In this document: positions 31,161 through 39,263 of the stretch, piece after piece
How positions within the stretch are numbered: the first letter of the stretch is position 1
Layout of the letters: the number at the start of each line of letters is the position of its first letter
NCBI GenBank assembly: GCA_012839865.1
Contig: DUMO01000051.1
Coordinates: 62,001 to 126,000 of the forward strand
DNA: 64,000 nucleotides
Direction: 5' to 3'
Source of the DNA: Clostridiaceae bacterium
GTDB taxonomy: Bacteria; Bacillota; Clostridia; CAYPLH01; DUMO01
Notes under the pieces: generated by a model
Database searches by the model: none
What the model was told of the DNA's origin: nothing
Seen by the model: the letters and a program-made list of their open reading frames with translations, nothing else
Program-made: the position numbers and the translations under genes

Positions 31161-32507
31161 GTGAGAGTTGATATTTTATTTTCAGATATAAAATCAATAT
31201 TGGACAAAAACACATCAATTGCAGACAGAATCAAACCCGGGAATATAATTAAGGCTCAAATAATGGATATTCTTCCCGGCAATTTAAAGTTGAAATTGCC
31301 TGACGGCTCAGTATTGCACGCAGTTTCGATGGTTCAGATAAAGGCAAACCCGGGGGACATGGTAAATTTCATAGTCAAAGACAGAGTTGATGACAAGATT
31401 ATTCTTGAAACACTAAAACCGGAAGTAATAAATCCGGGCAATTCCTTTGAATCCAATGAAAAAGAAAGTTTAACAAGAGAGCTTAAAAGCATCGGCCTGA
31501 CAAGTGACAAGCTTAACATGGAAATTGCTGCGGGTCTTAAAAAAGAAGATTTGTCCGTAAACTTGAAAAATATAGCTTATATAAAAGACTTGATAAACAG
31601 CTTTGAGCAGTTGGATATAAAAGGCGCTGTATTTTTAACTGCAAATGGAATAAGTGGCGAAAAAGCCAATATCGATGCCCTTATAAGAACTTTTTACAGC
31701 GGGTTTAAGCTTTCTGAAAGGCTTGAAATTCTAAACAGGCTTCTTGATGAGTCAGAAGATATTAATTTAAATGCTGAGACTGTGACGGGTAAAGCTTTGC
31801 AAAATGCAGCTTCTGCTGAGTTGGAAGATAAAATTTCAAATGAACAGGCAAACGCTGATTATTTGCAAAATACATTTGATAAGAACCAATCAAATAAGTC
31901 AAAAACTGACTTTTTTGCCGACATCTATACAAATTTTGATGCTGCAGCATCAAAGCAGGATCTCAACCCCGAAAAGTCTTTAAAGAAACTGTATATCAGA
32001 CTGGAATCCCTCAAACAGAGTATTCCAGACCTAAAAACAAACAGCGCAAGTTTAAACCGATTCATTGATAATATCCAAAAGGATATAAAGTTTTTATCCC
32101 AGGTAAATAAACATAATGTCTATCTTCAGATGCCAATAAAAATCAATGGATACAAAACCACGGGAGAGCTATTTATTTTAAGGCACCGTCGTAAAAAAAG
32201 CAGAATCAACCCGTCCGGCATATCAATACTGATATCCCTGAACACACAAAATTTGGGCCATGTCGATTCTCTTTTGACTGTCAGCGGGAGGTCGGTGAAT
32301 ATAGATATGCGGGTAGAAAAAAAAGAAATATCAAATATAATTTTAGGCAATCACAAACTTCTTTACGAAAGAATGCTTGAAAAAGGCTATAAGCTGGTGG
32401 ATTTGAAATGCAGATTAATAGAGGAAAAAATCAGGCCTTTGGACTTTGATGAATTTATCCTGAAAGAATTGAATTCGAAAATGTATACCCTTGACTTGAA
32501 AATTTAG
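31161..32507 (+). CDS. Flagellar hook-length control FliK-like protein
   Basis: C-terminal YLQMPI...L.TQNLG.VD...FliK-like domain; upstream of an FlhB-C-like gene, a common pairing. Confidence 0.65.
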   Translation: MRVDILFSDIKSILDKNTSIADRIKPGNIIKAQIMDILPGNLKLKLPDGSVLHAVSMVQIKANPGDMVNFIVKDRVDDKIILETLKPEVINPGNSFESNEKESLTRELKSIGLTSDKLNMEIAAGLKKEDLSVNLKNIAYIKDLINSFEQLDIKGAVFLTANGISGEKANIDALIRTFYSGFKLSERLEILNRLLDESEDINLNAETVTGKALQNAASAELEDKISNEQANADYLQNTFDKNQSNKSKTDFFADIYTNFDAAASKQDLNPEKSLKKLYIRLESLKQSIPDLKTNSASLNRFIDNIQKDIKFLSQVNKHNVYLQMPIKINGYKTTGELFILRHRRKKSRINPSGISILISLNTQNLGHVDSLLTVSGRSVNIDMRVEKKEISNIILGNHKLLYERMLEKGYKLVDLKCRLIEEKIRPLDFDEFILKELNSKMYTLDLKI

Positions 32508-32656
32508 ATGGAAACAGCCCAAATCATTCTAATGTATAGACGTTAATACATCATCATCATCATTAAACTTAATAATCTATTAAAAACTGGCTTTTTCAGG
32601 CTGGGAAACAAGACGATTTTACTTGCAAATATAATGAAAGGTAACTGATAAGCGAG

Positions 32657-32932
32657 ATGAAAGAGAATAAAAAAAAGATAAAAGAAGCAGCCGCATTGAA
32701 GTTTTCTCCCGAAATAGACGATGCGCCAAAACTGGTGGCGGCAGGGAAGGGAGTCGTTGCGGAAAAGATTATTGAAAAGGCGAAAAAAAATAACATTCCC
32801 ATACATGAAAATGCTGAATTGTCCCATGAGCTACAAAAGATGAATTTAGGCAGTGAAATTCCTCCGGAGTTATATGAAATTGTGGCAGCAATCCTGGCTT
32901 TCGTAGCCAAAATTGATTATGACTATGATTAA
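32657..32932 (+). CDS. EscU/YscU/HrcU (FlhB cytoplasmic-domain-like) protein
   Basis: AAALKF....DAPKLVAAGKG.VAEKII..A....IPI.E...L...IPPELYE.VA.ILAFV. Confidence 0.92.
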   Translation: MKENKKKIKEAAALKFSPEIDDAPKLVAAGKGVVAEKIIEKAKKNNIPIHENAELSHELQKMNLGSEIPPELYEIVAAILAFVAKIDYDYD

Positions 32933-32988
32933 AGCAGATAAATATTACATGGTCAACTGGAGGGAGAAAACATGTGTGGTGAGGAGAA

Positions 32989-33100
32989 TTTGTGATGCGC
33001 GAGGGGAGAAAAAGGCGTATGAAGGAACTTTGTGATACGCGAGGGGAAGAATCAGGTGTATGAAGTAACTTTGTGATGCGCGGCGAGGGGAGGAGACTTT
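32989..33100 (+). repeat. Purine-rich tandem repeat, ~40-nt unit, about 2.7 copies
   Basis: TTTGTGATRCGCG..GGGGA at 32989, 33029 and 33070. Confidence 0.85.
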
Positions 33101-33460
33101 ATCAATAATATTGAAAAGGGCAAAATTGCTGAAAATTATGCAATTAAATTTCTGAGAGAAAACAATTATAAAATAATCTGCACCAACTACCGCTTCAGAA
33201 GGTTTGGAGAAATTGATATAATTGCCGGTGAAAGCGAATATATATGCTTTATAGAAGTTAAAGCCAGAAGCAGCAACAGATTTGGGTATCCCTCTGAGGC
33301 AGTAAATTATATCAAGCGCAATAGAATAAAAAATACAGCAAGCTACTACCTTGCAGAGAACAAAATTAGAGATGCCAAAGTACGCTTTGATGTCGTAGAA
33401 GTATTTTTTAATGCAAGTGATAATGATGTAAAAATTAATCTTATAAAAAACGCGTTTTAG
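33101..33460 (+). CDS. yraN: YraN family (UPF0102) putative nuclease, apparent ATC start; missing from ORF track
   Basis: Manual translation (M)NNIEKGKIAENYAIKFLRENNYKIICTNYRFRRFGEIDIIA...CFIEVKARS...FGYPSEAV...RFDVVEV...IKNAF*; GGAGG 7 nt upstream of ATC; in-frame TGA at 33074. Confidence 0.9.
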   Translation: MNNIEKGKIAENYAIKFLRENNYKIICTNYRFRRFGEIDIIAGESEYICFIEVKARSSNRFGYPSEAVNYIKRNRIKNTASYYLAENKIRDAKVRFDVVEVFFNASDNDVKINLIKNAF

Positions 33461-33563
33461 CTTGGTTGTCAGGCAGGGAGCGTTTTTTAAATAATAATCA
33501 TATGACTTTTTAAACGGCAACATTGCTATCAATTATAAAACAGAACAGGGAAGGGTGTTTTTC

Positions 33564-34493
33564 ATGTTGATAGTTGATGCTCACTGCGATACCGTAAGCA
33601 GGGTGCTTGAGTCCAATACAAGTCTTTTGAAAAATAATTTTCATCTTGATATCGTCAGAATGAAGAAATATGAAAAGTATGTTCAGTTTTTTGCCAGCTT
33701 CATAAATCCTTCCCATGGAGACCCCATGAAAAAGGCAATTGCACTGATTGACAGGTATTTTATTGAGATAGAAAAAAACAGTGAACATATTATGCACTGC
33801 AATAAATACACTGACATAGAAAATGCATTGCAAAGCGGGAAAATAGCTTCACTTCTTTCAATAGAGGGAGGAGAAGCTCTTATGGGGCAGCTTGCTTCAT
33901 TAAGGATGTTTTACCGCCTGGGTGTACGGAGTATTTGCCTTACCTGGAATTACAGGAACGAAATAGCCGATGGTGTCAAAGATTCAATAAGCGGTGGAGG
34001 GTTGACTTCCTTCGGCCGTGAAGTTGTTAAGGAAATGAACCGCCTTGGAATGCTGATTGACCTCTCGCATATCTCTGAAAGAGGATTCTGGGATTGCCTT
34101 GATGTATCAACTGCACCTGTCATTGTATCCCACTCCAATGCCCGAGCCCTTTGCAACCACCCAAGGAATCTCACTGATGAGCAGTTAACTGCTCTCAAAA
34201 ATAAAGGCGGCGTTGTTGGAATAAACTTTTATCCGCTGTTTTTAAACAATTCCGGAGAAGCCAGCATTACCGATATCATAAAGCATATTGAATATATGGC
34301 AGGTTTGATAGGAACAGAATATTTGGGTCTGGGAAGTGATTTTGATGGAATAGAAAAAACACCAGCCGGTTTTGATGGCGTCCAATGTATGGATACATTG
34401 ATAAACAAGCTTCTAAAGCTTAATTATTCAGAAAATGATGTGGAAAACATAATGGGCATGAACCTTTTAAGATTGATGGAAAAAGTATTATAA
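33564..34493 (+). CDS. Membrane dipeptidase family (peptidase M19)
   Basis: VDAHCD, SIEGGE, LTWNY.N..ADG, IDLSH, SHSN, GLGSDFDG. Confidence 0.93.
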   Translation: MLIVDAHCDTVSRVLESNTSLLKNNFHLDIVRMKKYEKYVQFFASFINPSHGDPMKKAIALIDRYFIEIEKNSEHIMHCNKYTDIENALQSGKIASLLSIEGGEALMGQLASLRMFYRLGVRSICLTWNYRNEIADGVKDSISGGGLTSFGREVVKEMNRLGMLIDLSHISERGFWDCLDVSTAPVIVSHSNARALCNHPRNLTDEQLTALKNKGGVVGINFYPLFLNNSGEASITDIIKHIEYMAGLIGTEYLGLGSDFDGIEKTPAGFDGVQCMDTLINKLLKLNYSENDVENIMGMNLLRLMEKVL

Positions 34494-34519
34494 AGCAAAA
34501 GGCCCGTGATGATCTACGC

Positions 34520-34980
34520 TACAGCCAATGCAAATCCCTGCATACCTATAAACAATCTTTCGACTGCCCACAAGCATTACGGAACTTACACCAACCTTTG
34601 CTCGATTATCAGAGATACCTTAGAGACATACTGCAATCTTCCGACTGCAATATACCCCCAGCATTCAGTATAATCACCAGAGAGCTGTTAAACCAGTTAA
34701 CAGACGTTAGGGCAATAAATAAAGCCTGCCTGCGGAACCACTGATAATCTTAGCTCGAATCATATACATCCTTTTCGACCACACTGCAATATTTTGTACT
34801 ACAGTACAGCCTTGGAAGACATATACAACTCTTCTCGCCGACCAACATCAAGCTTAAACAAAATCAGCTCGACCAGCTTACTGAAATTGAAAACCTGATA
34901 CTGATCTTTGACCGAATATCATGAAGCCCTTTCGAACCCCATAACACTCTTGGCTCAACCATCACGAACCCTTTTGCAAT
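34520..34980. repeat. Highly degenerate ~40-nt repeat array in an ORF-free, C/A-skewed region
   Basis: Recurrent AATCTT(T/C)CGAC and AAYCTT(T/A)GCTCGA-like motifs near 34554, 34593, 34635, 34746, 34827, 34862, 34903, 34945. Confidence 0.5.
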
Positions 34981-35135
34981 ATTTATTGTTGCCACCTTAA
35001 AAGGTTTTAAACGTGGAAAAAAATGAAATGCTTCCTGTATGTTTTCGTAAAACCTATTTAGATAGCATATTATTGATGTTTGTATATGGAAAAATATATC
35101 TCTGAAAAAGTAAATAGAAAACTTTTCAATAAGTA

Positions 35136-35164
35136 TTGATAACTAATTGGCATTGTTATAAAAT
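35136..35164 (+). promoter_or_regulatory. Sigma-A-type promoter for the GntR gene
   Basis: TTGATA-N17-TAAAAT. Confidence 0.55.
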
Positions 35165-35313
35165 TAGTAGTGTTGTAATTACATAATAATATGATTACTC
35201 GATATCCGGCTTTTTAAGCATTACTCGTACGGTAAATTCCTTGGATGAAATATTTTTATATCAGTTATATAAGCAAGTAAATCAAATCTTGCTTTATATC
35301 GGGGGGTTTTTTT

Positions 35314-36051
35314 ATGATTAACAAGTTCAGCAATATTCCGCTTTATTCGCAGCTTAAGGATTTGATAATTGAAAAAATCGAAAAGGGGATATACAAAGAA
35401 GATACAAAAATTCCTTCGGAAGACGAATTTTGCAGGCTTTACGAAATAAGCCGTCCCACTGTAAGACAGGCCATAAGTGAGCTTGTTAATGGTGGTTATC
35501 TGTATAAAGCAAGAGGGAAAGGCACCTATGTAGCAAAGCCCAAATATAAAATCAGTTTAAATGACTATACCGGATTTACAGATTCAATACTTGAAAGCAA
35601 GGTTCCAGGCAGCCGGAATATAATTAACATCTGCCAGATTGACAGCAACCAGGTTCCAAAATTAAGCGATATTTTCAACTTTCCCGGCAGCCATAAAAGC
35701 CTGTTTACAAAGGTGGAGTACTTAACTGTAATAGATAATGAAGTATTTGCACTGAATGTTTCCTATCTGCCGATGAGTCTTTTTCCCGATATTGATTCCG
35801 ATATAAGAAACAACAAGCCTTCGTATGAAATACTGAAGGGAAAATATGCATTGGTTCCGTCCAAATCCAGCAGTACCCTGGAAATTGTTTATACAGAACA
35901 ATCTGAAACACAGTTTTTGAAAATTCAACCAGGTCAACCATTAATTAAGATTGACAATACGCTTTACTCAAAAAGCGCACAGGTTGTTGAATATATTGTA
36001 TCAAAATACAGGGCCGACAAATGCAAGCTTACCTTCAACCATTCCAGATGA
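35314..36051 (+). CDS. GntR family regulator, HutC/UTRA subfamily (NagR/DasR-like)
   Basis: PLYSQLK.LI...IPSE.E....EISRPTVRQAI.ELV..GYL....GKGTYV wHTH plus a ~150-aa UTRA-like domain. Confidence 0.92.
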   Translation: MINKFSNIPLYSQLKDLIIEKIEKGIYKEDTKIPSEDEFCRLYEISRPTVRQAISELVNGGYLYKARGKGTYVAKPKYKISLNDYTGFTDSILESKVPGSRNIINICQIDSNQVPKLSDIFNFPGSHKSLFTKVEYLTVIDNEVFALNVSYLPMSLFPDIDSDIRNNKPSYEILKGKYALVPSKSSSTLEIVYTEQSETQFLKIQPGQPLIKIDNTLYSKSAQVVEYIVSKYRADKCKLTFNHSR

Positions 36052-36163
36052 ATCAACAGGCCGGATACCATATGAATTTGGGAGAATCCTCTTTCGAGAG
36101 GCGAATTACAGCATTAGAATTGATTGTTCATTTAAAGCCCAAAGTGGTTTGAGCGATAGCGTT

Positions 36164-37912
36164 CTAATTTAACCTGATCCCCCATATGAGCTGGCCTCTT
36201 GTCCCGACAACAATCATATTTCCGTAAACGGCAGGGGATGCTTCAACATTTCCGTGCAATGCAATTTTATCAAGAATTTTGCCGGTTTTTCCCTCCAAAA
36301 GATTCATGTATGCACCGGAGTCGCAAACAATCAAGTATGATTTTCCTTCTTTTGTATAAACATCAACAGGCGAACTCCAGCAATAATACGGGTGGTCGAT
36401 TCTCCATGCCTCTTCACCGGAATCCTTGTATAAAGCGACAATTTTGCCAACTCTATTGTTTTCAGTCTTGGCAATATTAAAAACTACAATATCACTTATA
36501 TCACCCTTGCCCAAAACCGGTGTTGCAAGAGCTCCGCCATTTATTGAAGGATCATGGATGCATTTATAGGACTTCTCCCATATGAGCTTGCCGGTCAATG
36601 CGTTTATTTTTCTGATATACGAGTAACCCTGGCTGCCCTGTATGTCAACTTCACATGCCGTATATAAAAACACTCCTGTTCCGTCATCCTCCAATACCAT
36701 GGTACTGTCGGTATCATCCGTCACATCCCTGATCCATTCCGGTTCGAGGGTGTCAAGATTGACACATTGCAAAAAGCCCGCATTATCTACGAAATATATG
36801 TAGTTTTTATAGTAAACAGGTGAACATTCAACCCCGATCTTGTTGCTCTTAAGCGGTTTATACCGGTATTTTACTATTTCCGGATTCAATGAAACAGTAG
36901 ATTCATTAATATTAAAATCGGTATTAAGCTTAATTTTATACAATATTCCGTTTTCACCGCACTCAATAAGAGTATCGGAACCCGGATCCAGCAATCCGTT
37001 TGAATCAAAAGCCCCCCAGCTTCTGTATTTGTCACTGTCAAGACCGTCAAGGTAAAATATTTCCTTCTGATCAATTAGGCTGAAAATTCTGTAACCAATT
37101 TCACCATTGTCATGAGGAACACCTTCCCCGGCAAAAAGAAGAGGATATCCTCTGGGATCCACCATGACACTGCCCTTATATGGAGCACCGGTGTCAATGG
37201 GTGGTCGTGTAGGTTTACCGTCTTCAAGGTCGATAAAGTAAATTTTACCGTCCAGGGTGGCATAAATTACCTCTATTAGGTCAGTCTTTGCTTTTTTCTC
37301 CTGGGAAATGTTCATTATTTTTTTTATACTGTCTTCCCATTTTACTATTGCAGGCTGTCCGGTCCATCCGACACCGGTCCAGTCTCCAATATATCCTACC
37401 TTCACCGACCACACCTCTTCAAATTTCTCCGAAACAATTTCTGCAAAACCGTAACTTGCCGAGTTTCTGTAATTATTTCCCCGGAAACATGTTATTCCTT
37501 CCAGCAAGGAATAATTTTCCGGAGCAGGGAAATTAATCGTTGGTATTGTTTCCGAAGTGGATAAAACATCCCTGTCAGATATAACATCGTAAACAATATT
37601 GTAATTTTCGGGTAAGCACTCCGGAATTACTTCAGCATTATATTCAACCGGTTCCTGTAAAGCAGGCGTGGGACTTGCCACCGGTTCCAAAATTGCAGAA
37701 GGAGTATTGCTTGTATTCGAACCAGAATCAACATTGTTACCTGACGGAGACGGGGTAACAGCAGCAACATCAGGTGATTCCACATTATCAAACCTGTTTT
37801 CGAAGAAGCTGAATATGTCGGCCATGTATACACAAAGGGTCACTAAAACTGATATTAATGCCAGTACTATTAAATACTTTTTTTTCATAAAAATAGAATC
37901 CTCATTTGCCAT
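36164..37912 (-). CDS. Membrane-anchored PQQ-like beta-propeller protein
   Basis: N-terminal TM, S/P/T linker, TCFRGNNYRN, GWTGQPAIV, repeated W..SSP / ASPAVY..MIVVG blades. Confidence 0.75.
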   Translation of the reverse strand: MANEDSIFMKKKYLIVLALISVLVTLCVYMADIFSFFENRFDNVESPDVAAVTPSPSGNNVDSGSNTSNTPSAILEPVASPTPALQEPVEYNAEVIPECLPENYNIVYDVISDRDVLSTSETIPTINFPAPENYSLLEGITCFRGNNYRNSASYGFAEIVSEKFEEVWSVKVGYIGDWTGVGWTGQPAIVKWEDSIKKIMNISQEKKAKTDLIEVIYATLDGKIYFIDLEDGKPTRPPIDTGAPYKGSVMVDPRGYPLLFAGEGVPHDNGEIGYRIFSLIDQKEIFYLDGLDSDKYRSWGAFDSNGLLDPGSDTLIECGENGILYKIKLNTDFNINESTVSLNPEIVKYRYKPLKSNKIGVECSPVYYKNYIYFVDNAGFLQCVNLDTLEPEWIRDVTDDTDSTMVLEDDGTGVFLYTACEVDIQGSQGYSYIRKINALTGKLIWEKSYKCIHDPSINGGALATPVLGKGDISDIVVFNIAKTENNRVGKIVALYKDSGEEAWRIDHPYYCWSSPVDVYTKEGKSYLIVCDSGAYMNLLEGKTGKILDKIALHGNVEASPAVYGNMIVVGTRGQLIWGIRLN

Positions 37913-38720
37913 GTAGTCTATATTTTAAAATTGGCAACAATACAATAATATTTCAGAGCCTCAAATTAGTCAAGTTTATTGACAAACCTGATTTTGGACA
38001 AATTCATTTCCCATTATTGCAGTTCAGGCAAACCAATACTATTTTTAAAATATCTAATATTCTAATAAAATGACTATTATTTGAAATTATGTCTACAACT
38101 AATAGGCATTAACCAATTATTATTCCTGTATTTGTCCATGATGAATTTGTTTTGGTGTAAGTAATAAATGACCATTATCAAAAGTAATGTCTATTTTATT
38201 TAAAATAGAAATAATTTATAATCCTTTTTGCAGTAAATTACTGAAAAAAAAGGGTGGACTTTTATTTAACAGAGAGGCTGTTAAACTGACAATTCAGGAC
38301 AAAGCCGGCACTGGGAAATCATTTGATTGAAACGCTTTAATAAAGAAAACCAAGTGTAATCTACCGGACAGCCAACAGCCACCTCTTCCTGTTTATTTAA
38401 ATATTAGAGAAAAAGTATTTGCTTTAATGTTTACGTGTTCCAGATCTAAAAAATGAGGTTTTTCGCGATTCCTCTAACTGATTCAGCTACCAAAACATAC
38501 AAAATATCAAACTTCCATGGGCAAAAATCTTTTACATTACTTGCCAAATGTTTTGATAGAAGATAATTATATGCTTATGCATAAACAATTTCGCAACAGT
38601 GTCCCTCAAAATTGAAATTCAGGTCAAATCTGCATCATGGTGTCTCGCACCTAAAATATATTAACACTATTTTGGGAGGTGATACAGTTACAATACGGAA
38701 AAAGAAATTCTGGTCATAAT

Positions 38721-38810
38721 GACCGGGTAGATTGAAAAGGCTGAATACTTAAGACATATTTGATGGGAGACAGTATTTAAAACGCCTTGTTTCAAAACAA
38801 TCTACCGGTC
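38721..38810. other. Long imperfect hairpin in the lyase upstream region
   Basis: GACCGGGTAGATTG (38721-38734) vs CAATCTACCGGTC (38798-38810), plus inner GAATACT/AGTATTT pairing. Confidence 0.65.
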
Positions 38811-38834
38811 AATTCAGCAAAAGACAATTCCTAG

Positions 38835-39220
38835 AAGTTTTCGCAGCATTGTAAAATCCTGAATTTACAGCAAATTTTATTTACTGCATTGTAACCAGTT
38901 TTATTCGCAGCGAAGGTATTCACAGCAGAGTAATAGCTTGGATTGCAACTTGGTATTCGCAGCACAGTAACAGCTTGGATTGTAACTATAGTGATTACAA
39001 ATCATAAAACCGGCTTAGCTTTCAACCAGTGTATTACAGCGCAGTAACAACCTGAATTGCAGCCTTTGGGTACTACAGTACAGTACCAACGGGATTGCAA
39101 TCAGAGTACTACAGCGCAGTAAACTGCATGGACTGCAACTAATGCAGTGCAGCACAGCGACATACACAAATCAGAGATAATGAATCACAGTAAAGTAACC
39201 GGCTGAAATTGTAACTATAG
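38835..39220 (+). repeat. Degenerate tandem array, about 10 copies of a 36-40-nt unit
   Basis: GTAA-like anchors at 38851, 38891, 38930, 38967, 39004, 39044, 39083, 39119, 39157, 39195; approximate consensus GTATTACAGCRCAGTAACAGCYTGRATTGYAACTAYA. Confidence 0.85.
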
Positions 39221-39263
39221 GTACAAGAAATGCTAATGAATTTACTTTTAGGAGAGTGAAATT

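Noticed and set aside
34509..34673. 54-codon ORF inside the first degenerate array
   Set aside because: No SD, no recognisable motif; likely a chance frame in skewed repeat DNA.
38084..38100. NagR/DasR dre operator
   Set aside because: TTATGTCTACAACT matches the consensus palindrome only weakly in AT-rich DNA.
38290..38372. Cyclic-di-GMP-I riboswitch
   Set aside because: Only a loose ACAAAGCC resemblance; no GNRA tetraloop/receptor or P1 pairing could be built.
38835..39220. CRISPR array
   Set aside because: Units abut with no unique spacers, are highly degenerate and non-palindromic, and no cas genes are in the window.
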